A stretch of 64,000 nucleotides of DNA from an uncultured Nitrososphaerota archaeon. GTDB taxonomy: Archaea > Thermoproteota > Nitrososphaeria > Conexivisphaerales > DTJL01. The stretch spans positions 288,001-352,000 of the forward strand of contig CAWJIE010000004.1 of the NCBI GenBank assembly GCA_963842885.1, read 5' to 3'. The position numbers and the translations under genes are program-made. The notes under the pieces are model-generated. The model saw only the letters and a program-made list of their open reading frames with translations. It did not search any database and was not told the origin of the DNA. Numbering within the stretch: the first letter of the stretch is position 1; the number at the start of each line of letters is the position of its first letter. Below, piece after piece: positions 1 to 10,913 of the stretch.

Positions 1-2
1 AG

Positions 3-560
3 GCCGCTCCTCTCGAGACGGATGAGGTAGCAGAGCTACGGAATGAGAAGATTGAGTTGGAGGATGAACTAGAGCAAGAACACGGCAAGGCCGAAGATTA
101 TCTGCGGCGCCTGCAGTATCTGCAAGCTGAGTTCGACAACTACAGGAAGCGTGTGGAGAGGGAGAGGGATGAGATGAACAGGTCGGCAGCTGACAGACTG
201 CTCGTGAACTTGCTGAGCGTCTTCGACGAATTGCGAATCGCCATCGAAGTGGCGAAGAAGACGGAGGACGAAGAGGTCATCGTCGCTGGGTTGGAGATGG
301 TGCTGAAGAAACTCAATTCGCTTTTCGAGAGCGAGGGGCTGAAACCCATAGAGGCCGTCGGCAAGGAGTTCGATCCTAATCTCCATGAAGCCATAGAACA
401 GGTGGAATCTGTAAATGAAGACGAAGGGCGAATTGTTGAGGAAGTCAGGAAGGGATTCACATTAAGAGGAAAAGTCATAAGAAGTAGTCTGGTGAAGGTT
501 GGTGTGGCGCCTAAGAAGCCAAAGAAGAATAGATTAGAGGTGTTTGTGAGTATTGAGTGA
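3..560 (+). CDS. grpE: Nucleotide exchange factor GrpE (5' end probably outside the window)
   Basis: [19 protein letters not shown] and [11 protein letters not shown] motifs; directly upstream of dnaK; frame is open to the window edge. Confidence 0.95.
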   Translation, partial: AAPLETDEVAELRNEKIELEDELEQEHGKAEDYLRRLQYLQAEFDNYRKRVERERDEMNRSAADRLLVNLLSVFDELRIAIEVAKKTEDEEVIVAGLEMVLKKLNSLFESEGLKPIEAVGKEFDPNLHEAIEQVESVNEDEGRIVEEVRKGFTLRGKVIRSSLVKVGVAPKKPKKNRLEVFVSIE

Positions 561-2451
561 ATCTAAACCCGCACAGAAGGAGAAGATACTGGGAATCGAC
601 CTTGGTACGACCAATTCTGCAGCGGCCATTCTAGAGGCAGGTCGGCCGGTGGTTATTCCAAGCGCGGAAGGGCCGACGATGGCAGGCAAGATGTTTCCAT
701 CCGTGGTCTCTTTCACGCCTGACGGGACGCTGTTGGTTGGTGAGTCCGCGAAGCGGCAGATGTCCAGCAACCCGGAGGGGACCATCTCTGAAATCAAGCG
801 TAAAATGGGCACGGACTACAAGGTGCGCGTATTCGGGAAGGAGTACACGCCTCAGCAGATTTCCGCTTTCATCCTTCAGAAGATTAAGCGAGATGCGGAA
901 ACCTATCTAGGAGTGCCGCTGAAGAAGGCAGTCATCACCGTACCTGCGCACTTTGACGACAACCAGCGACAGGCCACCAAGGATGCAGGCGCAATCGCGG
1001 GCTTCGAGGTCATGCGCCTCATCAACGAGCCCACCGCGGCTTGCCTTGCTTATGGATTGGACAAGCTGGACAGGGAGATGAAGATTATGGTATTCAGCTT
1101 CGGAGGTGGCACCCATGATGTTACCCTCATGGATTTCGGGGGTGGTGTTTTCCAGGTGCTCGCCACCAGCGGCGATACCAAGACGGGTGGGGCCGACATT
1201 GACAACGCTGTCGTCACGTACCTAGTGGGAGAATTCAGGCGACAGAACGGCATCGATTTGACGGGCGACAGGGTTGCCATGACAAGGCTGAAGGAGGCGG
1301 CTGAGAAGGCCAAGATTGAGCTTTCGAACCTCGTGAATACGGATATCGACCTTCCGTTCCTGGCCATGGTGGGGACGACTCCCAAGAACTTTCATATCAC
1401 GTTGACCAGAGCCAAACTTGAAGAACTTGCTAGACCAATCGTTGAGAGAGTTAGGGCTCCGATCTTGCACGTCCTAGAGGACGCGAAACTACAGCCGCAA
1501 CAGGTTGACAAAATCATCTTGATTGGCGGGCAGACAAGGATGCCTCTGGTGAGGAAGTTCGTCGAGGAAATCGTAGGCAAGCCCGCCGAGCGGGGCGTAG
1601 ACCCGATGGAGTGCGTTGCGGTGGGAGCGGCCATCCAAGGAGCGGTTCTGGCTGGCGAAGTCAAGGACCTACTGCTGCTCGACGTGACTCCTCTTTCGCT
1701 GGGCGTCGAGACCATGGGCGGCGTCTTCACAAAGACTATTGAAAAGAACACGACCATCCCGACCAAGAAGAGCCAGATATTCTCCACGGCAGCAGATTTC
1801 CAGACGACTGTCACTATCCACGTGCTGCAGGGTGAGAGGCCAATGGCGGCCGACAACGTCTCCTTGGGCATGTTCAACCTGTCAGGAATACCTCCGGCGC
1901 CTCGGGGAGTTCCACAGATAGAAGTGACGTTCGACATCGACGCCAATGGAATAATCAGCGTATCCGCTAAAGACCTAGGCACCGGCAAGGAGGCCAAGAT
2001 TACTATTACCGCATCGACGAAGCTCTCAAAAGAGGATAAGGACCGCATGATCAGGCAAGCCGAGGAGTTCGCTGAGGCCGACAAGCAGAAGGTGGAAGAA
2101 GCGGAGACGCGGAACTCCGCTGACGCCATGCTTTACACCGCGGAGAAGACGAAGGGCGACCTTAAAGACAAGATAACACAAGAACAATTGGCCAGCATTG
2201 ACAAGGCCTCCAGCGACCTGCGAACAGCCTTGGCTGGCAAGGACTTGGCCGCAATCAAAGCCGCTAGCGACGCTCTGTCGAAGGTGCTTCAAGAGATTGG
2301 AACCAGCGTATATCAGAAGGCAGCCGAAGCCCAAGCAAAGCAGCAACAGGCCTCGCAGGCTGGCCCTCAGCAGGAGGGCCAACAGGGAGAGACGTCTCAA
2401 CAGGAACAGGGCGAGAAGGTCGTCGACGCAGATTACAAAGTAGTAAAATGA
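553..2451 (+). CDS. dnaK: Chaperone DnaK (Hsp70)
   Basis: [27 protein letters not shown] and [15 protein letters not shown] motifs. Confidence 0.99.
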   Translation: MSESKPAQKEKILGIDLGTTNSAAAILEAGRPVVIPSAEGPTMAGKMFPSVVSFTPDGTLLVGESAKRQMSSNPEGTISEIKRKMGTDYKVRVFGKEYTPQQISAFILQKIKRDAETYLGVPLKKAVITVPAHFDDNQRQATKDAGAIAGFEVMRLINEPTAACLAYGLDKLDREMKIMVFSFGGGTHDVTLMDFGGGVFQVLATSGDTKTGGADIDNAVVTYLVGEFRRQNGIDLTGDRVAMTRLKEAAEKAKIELSNLVNTDIDLPFLAMVGTTPKNFHITLTRAKLEELARPIVERVRAPILHVLEDAKLQPQQVDKIILIGGQTRMPLVRKFVEEIVGKPAERGVDPMECVAVGAAIQGAVLAGEVKDLLLLDVTPLSLGVETMGGVFTKTIEKNTTIPTKKSQIFSTAADFQTTVTIHVLQGERPMAADNVSLGMFNLSGIPPAPRGVPQIEVTFDIDANGIISVSAKDLGTGKEAKITITASTKLSKEDKDRMIRQAEEFAEADKQKVEEAETRNSADAMLYTAEKTKGDLKDKITQEQLASIDKASSDLRTALAGKDLAAIKAASDALSKVLQEIGTSVYQKAAEAQAKQQQASQAGPQQEGQQGETSQQEQGEKVVDADYKVVK

Positions 2452-2486
2452 AGAGAAGAAGTAGAGATTGCTCCATTGTGGCGTGA

Positions 2487-3576
2487 TTGGCCGTGAGCGG
2501 TAAGCGCGATTACTATGATGTATTGGCCGTTCCCAAGAACGCATCGAAAGACGATATCAAGAATTCCTACCGCAAGCTCGCGCTACAGTATCACCCCGAT
2601 AGGAACAAATCGCCGGGGGCCGAAGAACGATTCAAGGAGATATCGGAGGCCTACGCTGTACTATCCGACGACGATAAACGTGCTCAGTACGATCAGTTCG
2701 GCCACGCCGGCATAGACAGCAAGTATTCCCAGGAAGACATCTTCAGGGGAGTCGACTTCGATGAAATACTTCGAGGCTTCGGGTTCGGTGGATTCAACAG
2801 TATATTCGGCAGCACGTTCGGATTCGGAATGCAAAGAGAGTCGCCCAAAGGCAGAGACGTGCAGGTGGCTGTGGACATATCGCTGGAGGACGTGTCCAAG
2901 GGAGTCGTCAGGGACATAGAACTGGATCGGATGGAGAAATGCGATGTGTGTCATGGATCGGGGGCGCAGCCAGGGACAAATGTTAGGACGTGCCCACAGT
3001 GTAACGGAGCGGGTCAGGTTCAAAGGGTGCAATCAGCAGGGTTCGCGAGGCTAGTAAGGGTGGAGACATGTTCTAGGTGCTCCGGAACTGGGAGAATTGT
3101 TGAGACGCCCTGTCGCAATTGCAGAGGCAGTGGATTGGTGCAGAAGCATAGGACCTTCAACGTGAAGATACCGGCCGGCATCGAGGACGGTTACAATCTG
3201 AGGTTGGGCGGAGGGGGAGAGGAGAAGCGTGGCGGAGCTGGCCCCGGAGACCTGTACGTGATGGTGCGCGTCAGTCCGCACCCCACTTTCAAAAGGAGCG
3301 GGTCCGACCTCCTCTCCGAAGTCGGAGTGAGCTTCCCCAAGGCCGCTCTTGGAACCACTGTGAACATACCTACAATCGATGGTAGGGCCGAACTCAAGAT
3401 CCCTTCAGGAACGCAGAACGGGACTGTATTCAAGTTGAGGGGGAAGGGCCTCCCGAAGATGAATGGGTGGGGGAAGGGGAGATCAGTTCGTCAAGATGAA
3501 CATCGGAACTCCACGAAACCTCAATTCCAGACAGAAGAAGCTTCTCGAGGAGCTGGATAGAGAACTCTCCTCCTGA
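2487..3576 (+). CDS. dnaJ: Chaperone DnaJ, with a frameshift near 3479
   Basis: J-domain HPD and CxxCxGxG repeats; C-terminus (GDQFVKMNI...LLEELDRELSS*) continues in another frame after the ggggaagggga run. Confidence 0.95.
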
Positions 3577-3631
3577 CGATGATGGTTCCTAATGCGTTAG
3601 TTTTAAGGGTGGGTTGGCCTAGGGTCTGAGT

Positions 3632-5551
3632 ATGAAGCCGGAGCCCGTCAGACCAGAGGACTTCACCCAGTATTCGTTGCTTTCTGAGCCATCGGTGTCA
3701 CTCAAGGGCGACGCTGTCGCTATCACCGTCTACAAGGCTAATCTTGATGCAAATGAATATGAAGGGAATGTTTGGCTTGTTCCACTAGGGGGAGGTGCGC
3801 CTAGGAAGCTGACGTCGTCTGGAAAAGACGGTGCTCCGAAGCTCTCCCCTGACGGCAAGGATGTGGTCTTTACTTCTAAACGTGGAATCAAGAAGGGAAC
3901 CAAAGGAAACGGGCTCTACATAGTCAATGTCAAGAGTGGTGAAGTGAAGTTTCTACTGAGACGGAAAAGGGCAATCGAATCGCCGGCTTGGTTCCCCGAC
4001 GGCAGGAGAATCCTTTTCATCTCGGCGGTGGGCAAGGCTCAGGACGACGTCAAGACCATCAAACGGATCAACGTGTGGTTCAACGACAAGGGCTTCATCT
4101 ACAACGTAAGACGCCATGCTTTCATATTTGATTTCGCGACAGGAAAGGCTAAGCAGGTGACCAAAGGTGAATTTGATGTTGACAAGGCAGCCATTTCGCA
4201 TTCAGGGACGAAGGTCGCTTTCACGGCTTCCACGGACGACGTGCGACCCTATCTTACAGACGTCTTCATGTTAGACCTGAAGGGAGGAGGGACCACCAAG
4301 CTGACCGGGCATGACATGGAGATATCTTCGGTGGCTTGGAGTCCGGATGATTGTCAGCTCGTATTCCTCGGCCATCGAAGAACGCTTGGATCTGTCACTC
4401 ATGAACACCTATGGGTGATTGATGCTTCCGGAGGGACGCCGACGCAATTGGATCACATTGACAGAAGTAAGACTAACTCCTTGAACAGCGACGTCCGAAA
4501 AGGCGGGCTTAACGCAGAACCAAAGTGGGTTGGGGGCAATATCTTCTTCCTAGTGAATGATCATGGAGCGGTTCACGTATACGCTCTCGACCCAACAAGG
4601 AATGAAGTCAGACAACTCGTCGGAGGAGACAGGAGCGTTGAAGCGTTCGAAGTCAATGGGGACAGATTGTTCTTCACGTCGATGGAATCGACCAAGCTGC
4701 CAGACCTCTATGTTTACGACGGACGAATCAAGAAGGTCACTCGTTTCAACGAAGGTATAGACAGAACTCTTGCTCTTCACGAACCGGAGAGATTCAGCTT
4801 CAAGGCCAGCGATGGCGAGAGAATAGATGGGTGGGTGATAAGGCCTGCAGGGAAGGGAAAGGTCCCCACTATTCTGTATATCCACGGCGGCCCCAAGACG
4901 GCCTTCGGATGTGCATATTTGCACGAGTTCCAGGTGTTGGCAGCGAAGGGCTACGCAGTGCTCTATGTAAACCCGAGAGGGAGCGACAGCTACACAGAGA
5001 AGTTTGCAGACATCAGAGGCCACTATGCGGAGCGCGATTACCTGGACCTGATGGAAGCTGTTGACTACGCCGCTTCTCATTTCGATTTCATAGACAGCAA
5101 GAGGATTGGCGTGGCGGGTGGGTCCTATGGTGGATATATGACGAATTGGATAGTGACGCAGACGAACCGTTTCAAGGCAGCCGTCTCGGACAGGTCGATT
5201 TCGAATTGGTGGACCTTCTGGGGAACCAGCGACATAGGCCCGTATTTCATGAAGGACCAGATAGGTTGCGATCCGTGGGATGATGAGGAGACCACAATGG
5301 CGAAGTCGCCCATCCGCTATGTGAAGAATGTGAAGACGCCCGTCATGTTCGTTCACTCGATGGAAGACTACAGGTGTTGGATGGTCGAAGCCCTTCAAAT
5401 GTTTACGGCTTTGAAGTATCATGGAAAAGAGACGGAGCTCGTTCTCTTCCCTGGTGAGAACCATGAGCTCTCGAGGGGAGGAAAGCCTAAGCATAGGGTC
5501 CTAAGACTTGAGAGCTATCTCCGCTGGTTCGACTTGTATCTTAAGAAGTGA
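3632..5551 (+). CDS. S9 family peptidase (acylaminoacyl/dipeptidyl peptidase)
   Basis: Beta-propeller-like repeats, IHGGP, GGSYGG nucleophile, D..C and ENHEL motifs. Confidence 0.93.
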   Translation: MKPEPVRPEDFTQYSLLSEPSVSLKGDAVAITVYKANLDANEYEGNVWLVPLGGGAPRKLTSSGKDGAPKLSPDGKDVVFTSKRGIKKGTKGNGLYIVNVKSGEVKFLLRRKRAIESPAWFPDGRRILFISAVGKAQDDVKTIKRINVWFNDKGFIYNVRRHAFIFDFATGKAKQVTKGEFDVDKAAISHSGTKVAFTASTDDVRPYLTDVFMLDLKGGGTTKLTGHDMEISSVAWSPDDCQLVFLGHRRTLGSVTHEHLWVIDASGGTPTQLDHIDRSKTNSLNSDVRKGGLNAEPKWVGGNIFFLVNDHGAVHVYALDPTRNEVRQLVGGDRSVEAFEVNGDRLFFTSMESTKLPDLYVYDGRIKKVTRFNEGIDRTLALHEPERFSFKASDGERIDGWVIRPAGKGKVPTILYIHGGPKTAFGCAYLHEFQVLAAKGYAVLYVNPRGSDSYTEKFADIRGHYAERDYLDLMEAVDYAASHFDFIDSKRIGVAGGSYGGYMTNWIVTQTNRFKAAVSDRSISNWWTFWGTSDIGPYFMKDQIGCDPWDDEETTMAKSPIRYVKNVKTPVMFVHSMEDYRCWMVEALQMFTALKYHGKETELVLFPGENHELSRGGKPKHRVLRLESYLRWFDLYLKK

Positions 5552-5803
5552 TTCGATAGCTGGAATTTCGTCGTTTCTGATAGGCGCGTTCTTCTTCAGG
5601 CACTTCGTTATCACAGCCGCTTTCCGCGAGCCGTTGAGCTTCTTCTCAAGCGGATCTATGGAAGGCATGAATGACGCCAGTTGACAGGGGAGAGGACTCC
5701 CTATTGAAGAGTGGTCTCAATATGGAGCGACATAAAAAAAGGGTGTGTCTTCAATCAAAGGAATGGAAAGCGATAATTCTAAAAAGCCTCGACTTCGGGT
5801 GCT

Positions 5804-7390
5804 ATGAGTATGCCCAAGGCCGGCTACTGGATTAATCTCAGACATAATGGCGTCGCCTTCGTTCCACCATATCAGCCTCAAGGCTTGAGGTTGAGGTTCA
5901 AGAACAAATGGTTCTCCCTTGGCCCCCTTGCCGAAGAAATGGCCTATTCGTGGGCCAAGAAGAAGGACACATCATATGTCAAGGATCCGACGTATGCAGA
6001 CAACTTCTGGAGGAATTTCTCTGGGCAGCTTCCTGTGGAACTCAGGACCGCCTCTCTGAAGGATCTCGATTTTGAGGAGTTCAACAACCGCGTCGATCAT
6101 GAGAAGCGACAGAAGGAGCAGCTCTCTAAAGAGGAGAAGAAGAAGCTCGCGGCTGAGCGGAAGAAGGCCAAGGAGGCCCTGAAGGAGAGGTACGGCTTTG
6201 CGTACATAGACGGGGAGAGAGTGGAGATTCAGAATTGGGTGGTCGAGCCCTCCGGCATCTTTCAAGGAAGAGGGAACCATCCCATGCGGGGTAGATGGAA
6301 GCGAAGGATAGAGGAACGGGACGTAACGTTGAACCTCGATGTGAACGCACCCATACCTGCGGGGAACTGGGGCAAAATCGTCCACGAGCCCTCTTGCATG
6401 TGGCTGGCATCTTGGGTGGATGACCTGGCGGGGAAGGTGAAATACGTCTGGCCTCACGAAAGCAGCTTCCTAGCGCAGGAAAAGAACAAGTCCAAATACG
6501 ACAAGGCGTTCAAGCTCAACCAAAGCCTAGGGAGTATCCGCGAGAAGATTGAAGTGGGGCTTGCGAGCCGCGACCAGCAAGTCAGGAAGACTGCGACGGT
6601 TTGCTACCTGATAGATCGGCTCTGCATGAGGGTCGGCGATGAAAAAGATGAGGATGAAGTGGATACTGTTGGTGCCACCACTCTCAGGGTGGAACATGTC
6701 ACCCTGAGGGATAAGGAAATCTCCTTCGATTTTCTAGGCAAGGATAGCGTCAGGTGGCTGAAGGTCCTGCCGGAGGTGGAATCAAATGTGATGAACAATC
6801 TCAGAGAGTTCACAAGAGGGAAGAAACCCGAAGAACTTGTCTTCGACGGGGTTACCTCGTCGAAGGTCAATTCATATCTAGGCGGCATCATGCCGGGCTT
6901 GACGGCGAAGGTTTTCAGGACGTACCATGCCACCAACGTCGTAAGGGATTACCTCTCATCGGTCGAAGACAAGGTGAGCCGGGAGGATATCCAATCGGGA
7001 TTGTATTTTGCCAAGATGGCCAACCTTCAGGCCGCTACATTATGCAACCATAAGAGGACTCCGCCAAAGAGCTGGGACGAAAGCCTGAGGAAGAAGGAGG
7101 AGAAGGTCAAGGCGCTCAAAGCCATTCATCCTCTGACTGCAAGACAGGCAGATGCACACGGAAGGCGCCTGCGTAAAGCTCGATCATCCCTGGAGATAGC
7201 TAAGATGACCAGAGATTATAATCTGAATACGTCTCTGAAGAACTACATCGATCCGAGGATATACAAGGCCTGGGCGGGTCATCTGGGCTTCGACTGGCGG
7301 ACCCTGTACCCCAAGACGATGCAACGGAAGTTCGGTTGGGCGAACAAATCCAAGCTCGATTGGGCTACCATAACAGTCGCAAACAAATAG
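5804..7390 (+). CDS. DNA topoisomerase IB (eukaryote-like)
   Basis: GRGNHP, MRVGDEKD, FDFLGKDS, TAKVFRTY, LCNHKR and TSLKNYIDPR (catalytic Tyr). Confidence 0.96.
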   Translation: MSMPKAGYWINLRHNGVAFVPPYQPQGLRLRFKNKWFSLGPLAEEMAYSWAKKKDTSYVKDPTYADNFWRNFSGQLPVELRTASLKDLDFEEFNNRVDHEKRQKEQLSKEEKKKLAAERKKAKEALKERYGFAYIDGERVEIQNWVVEPSGIFQGRGNHPMRGRWKRRIEERDVTLNLDVNAPIPAGNWGKIVHEPSCMWLASWVDDLAGKVKYVWPHESSFLAQEKNKSKYDKAFKLNQSLGSIREKIEVGLASRDQQVRKTATVCYLIDRLCMRVGDEKDEDEVDTVGATTLRVEHVTLRDKEISFDFLGKDSVRWLKVLPEVESNVMNNLREFTRGKKPEELVFDGVTSSKVNSYLGGIMPGLTAKVFRTYHATNVVRDYLSSVEDKVSREDIQSGLYFAKMANLQAATLCNHKRTPPKSWDESLRKKEEKVKALKAIHPLTARQADAHGRRLRKARSSLEIAKMTRDYNLNTSLKNYIDPRIYKAWAGHLGFDWRTLYPKTMQRKFGWANKSKLDWATITVANK

Positions 7391-7503
7391 GATGGGGCCA
7401 TGGTTGGGCCGGACGTTGATCTCCGCTAGAGACGCGTTCATAGAGGCCTCTTCCAGAGCGAACGAAGGAAATAAATACCGATGCCTAGAGAAGCTCTCAC
7501 CGA

Positions 7504-7578
7504 GGGCTGGTAGTTCAGAGGTAGAATGCTCCCTTGGCATGGGAGAGGTCGGGGGTTCGAGTCCCCCCCAGTCCACCA
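7504..7578 (+). tRNA. tRNA-Ala(GGC), CCA encoded
   Basis: Cloverleaf GGGCTGG/CCAGTCC with G3:U70, anticodon loop TT-GGC-AT, TTCGA T-loop. Confidence 0.96.
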
Positions 7579-8221
7579 TTCCTCTGAGTATGCTGTCTGA
7601 TAGTTGGTCTAGAATGATTTGAGCATAATGAGATTACGTGTGGTTGCGACCCTCGCAAGGTTCATCCTGTTGGCAGGAGTACATAGCGAGTCCACGACCT
7701 GTGGCAACCTGTTGGCTTCGAAAAGCCCAAGATTATCTGAACCCGTGGTGTTCGACTTGGGCTCCGGCATCGGCTTCGAATACATGGAGAGATGCGATCG
7801 AAGCGCAGGGTTTCGCTAACCGTTTCAGAGATGCTGAACTGGTCGTCGGCCTTCTCAGGGATTAAGGGCATGTAAAGGTTCGCTGAACGGGTCGGCGGCT
7901 GGAGGAAGAATCCCAACTTCAGATATCAACTACTCAGCCATCACCTGACTCGAGAAAGCTCGGATAGGGAAAGTGGAGGGTACAGATGGCTCTATGTTGA
8001 GTTACTTAAAGAGGCCTCGTCGATTCTGCGAAATGATGAAATTGGTCGAATGTGTTGTTCGTATGAGGCGCTAGTCGAAAGCTAGGCTGAGGTAGACTGG
8101 CGCATGAAGGAGTTGTCATCCAGGGAGAACGTGACATCGGCCGCGCTGCTAGAGGTAGCTAAATCCATCTGAAAGCAATCCGCAATGGAGGCCGATATCT
8201 TCAAGGGAATGGAGCTTGCCG

Positions 8222-8677
8222 TCACTTCTTAGCCCACTTAGACCCTCCGCCAAGGTAAATCTCTTTCTTCCATATGGTAGGCTCGGTCTTGTACCTGCGG
8301 ATGGTTTCCTCGACCGCGGGGAAAAGCTTCTTGCGGTCCCTCGATATGGCTATCACCATGACCAGTATCTCGCCAACATGGAAGCTGCCTTCAAAATGGT
8401 AGATGGTGGCGAGCCTGATTCTGTACTTCCTCTTTACGTCCTCGCAAATCTGAGTGAGTATCTTGTCCGCGTATTGGGGGTACGTCTCAATAATCAACTC
8501 CTTGACCTCCCTGTTCTTGATGCCCGGCGACTTGACTAGTCCGATGTAGGAGGCCACTGCGCCGTACCTCCCCTTAGCGACTTCGAACGCCGTCTTCATG
8601 AGTTCCTCATAGCTCAGGGATCCCTTTCTGTAGATACCAGTAGGAGGAAGCTGTGGCTTTTCGCGTTGCTTAGCCAT
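8222..8677 (-). CDS. moaE: Molybdopterin synthase catalytic subunit MoaE
   Basis: GAVASYIGLVK, YPQYA and PTIWKKEIY motifs. Confidence 0.85.
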   Translation of the reverse strand: MAKQREKPQLPPTGIYRKGSLSYEELMKTAFEVAKGRYGAVASYIGLVKSPGIKNREVKELIIETYPQYADKILTQICEDVKRKYRIRLATIYHFEGSFHVGEILVMVIAISRDRKKLFPAVEETIRRYKTEPTIWKKEIYLGGGSKWAKK

Positions 8678-8695
8678 AGTAACTCATTACCTCGC

Positions 8696-9236
8696 CTAGG
8701 TCCTTGATATCGGTTTTCTTTTTAGTTTGGTGCCACAAAGGCCGCAAAGCATGTCCTTAGGAGGCCTATCGTAGCTCTTGAAGCATGCCGGGCAGTAATA
8801 TGACCACTCAAACTGCTTAGCAATGCCCTGAGTATTGGAGGATTTTGTGACCAAGCCCAGGGAAGAAGCTACGTTCTGCAAAGAATAGTCGTCGGACATT
8901 ATCGTGACGTCAAGGCTTCCCTGCTTCTTGAGGAATAGTGCGAGGCTGATGACTGAGATATCAGTCTCCGAAAGCCTTGCTTCTTCGCCTAGTTGCCTTG
9001 ATTCTGACCTTCACCGAGCCGATTATGTCAGGAGTGGCTTCCATGACGGCGAGGTCTCTAGCGTTCTGCGCTTCCTTCCGAAGGAAAGAGGAATATCCAC
9101 GGCCTCTTGCCTCGTCAATCACTGACGGCGTGGTGTACATCTTCAGGTCGATTCCTGACTGTAGGAGACCGGCGATCAGGGCCGACGTATCAAGGACCAG
9201 CGTGCGTTCTTTATTGCTGTTGTATGACATTTTCAC
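8696..9236 (-). CDS. nob1: Nob1-family PIN endonuclease with Zn ribbon (frameshifted)
   Basis: VLDTSA, TTPSVIDE, LSETDIS, DDYSLQNVA and CPAC...CGLCG split across frames. Confidence 0.85.
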
Positions 9237-10053
9237 TCAGTAACTTTGAAAGTTGTTTGAAAGGTTGGGGACTGAACCTTATAAAACAGGCAGGTTCGGG
9301 CGCAAGCGTGACATGCATCTCGTCTCCCTCTTTCGCATCGAACACCTGCTGCCCGTCGATAGTGACGTCGAATGCGGAAGTCGAAGAGACGGTAATTTCT
9401 CGAACGGGGAGTACCACCGGTGGGATTCTGTTAATGGGCAGCACCGGGGTCATTATGAAGACTTCGAGAGATTCAAGCACCACGGGACCTCCTGCTGAAT
9501 AGGAATAGCCGGTGGAGCCCGTCGGGGTTGAGATTATTAGGCCGTCCATCTTTGATGACATGGTCCTATCAAGGAACCGTAATAAGAATGACGGAGTAAC
9601 GTTGTGGCGAGGCCTGGCTAGATAGACTTCGTTCAACGCGTCAGGGAAGGTCTTCTCGTCCGTCATCGTTCTGAGTCTCGTGCGCTGCTCCAGATGATAG
9701 TCACCAGACTTCAACCTTTCCACAGCTATCGGAAGATCCCCGAGTTCGAGCTCGTTGATGATTCCGCGTCCGCCCAGATTGAGGCCGAGTACGGGCATCT
9801 GCTTCTTCAGCCCGCGGACGACGGTGAGGAGCGTTCCATCGCCCCCGAGACTCAGGACTAGGTCCTGTCTGTCGGTTGACACGGCTGCCAGCGAAGGCAG
9901 GCCTTTGCAATCGGGATGTCTAGCAGGTGGTATCGTGAACACATCGAAATGAGAAGATAGGACGTCAATTATTTCGTTGAAGACCGGTGTGCCTACAAGG
10001 CTCTCCTTCGAGGTCACGGCTACGGTCTTCACAACTTTAGCCGCCGAAACCAT
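9211..10053 (-). CDS. nadK: NAD(+) kinase
   Basis: LGGDGTLL, ALNE and DGLIISTPTGSTGYSYSAGGP motifs. Confidence 0.95.
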   Translation of the reverse strand: MVSAAKVVKTVAVTSKESLVGTPVFNEIIDVLSSHFDVFTIPPARHPDCKGLPSLAAVSTDRQDLVLSLGGDGTLLTVVRGLKKQMPVLGLNLGGRGIINELELGDLPIAVERLKSGDYHLEQRTRLRTMTDEKTFPDALNEVYLARPRHNVTPSFLLRFLDRTMSSKMDGLIISTPTGSTGYSYSAGGPVVLESLEVFIMTPVLPINRIPPVVLPVREITVSSTSAFDVTIDGQQVFDAKEGDEMHVTLAPEPACFIRFSPQPFKQLSKLLSENVIQQQ

Positions 10054-10192
10054 CTGACTTATGGGTCAAGCAGGCATTTAATAAGTCTGTCATGATGGGT
10101 GTGCGCAGTTAAGTTAATGAGTAGAGCAAGCGAGGCTAGCGTGGCCTCAATGATTGCACGGAAGAGCCGGCTGACATTTCGTGATGTAGATT

Positions 10193-10913
10193 ATGAGTGA
10201 TGAGAGGTCCTTCAAACATGCTAAGCTAGCCGTCCTTTACTCCGGAGGGAAGGACAGCAACTATGCGTTGTTTCAAGCTGCGAAGAGTGGATTCGATATT
10301 GCTTGCTTGCTTGCTGTCAGGCCCCCTGATGTGGAAAGCCTGCTTTTCCACTATCCTAATTCCGGGCTGACCGGAGTTGCAGGCTGAATCCTTGGGTATT
10401 CCCATCCTGACAAGAGACATCCGACCTGGCGACGAAGAGTTGGGTTCGTTGTCCCAGCTCGTGGCTGAAGCGAAGGCCAAATTCGGCGTGATGGGGATAG
10501 TTACTGGAGCTGTGAAAAGCAGGTATCAGATGGAGAGATTTGGCAAGGTGTTCGAGCGCAACGGAGTAAAGGGCGTAAATCCTTTGTGGGGAATCGACGA
10601 GGAAGCGTATCTCAGGAAGCTCGTGCCAGAAGGCTTCAGAGCGATCGTGACGCGAGTAGCAGCCTTGGGATTGGGCCCCGACTGGTTGGGCGCGGAACTC
10701 GACGCCCAGAAGATCGAGGACCTGATTATGCTTGCTCGCAAGAATCGCTTTAATCCTTCTCTCGAAGGCGGCGAAGGTGAGACTTTCGTCTTGGACATGC
10801 CCCTGTTCAAGAAGAAAGTGGTGGTTCTTGAAGCGGAGAAATCCTGGGAGAAGGGCGAAGGGACACTAAGTATTAAAAAGGCTATCCTGAGGAATAAAAC
10901 TGCCGATGTTTGA
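10193..10913 (+). CDS. Diphthine--ammonia ligase family PP-loop ATPase (frameshift near 10375)
   Basis: SGGKDS in ORF 10193-10387; PLWG and [11 protein letters not shown] in ORF 10377-10913. Confidence 0.85.

Noticed and set aside
4550-5494. Long antisense or alternate-frame ORFs (also 1392-2129 and 44605-45570)
   Set aside because: They are shadows of well-supported genes and contain no recognisable motifs
10080-10190. Possible C/D box sRNA (ATGATG / CTGA words)
   Set aside because: Boxes are imperfect and spacing does not fit the archaeal C-D'-C'-D layout
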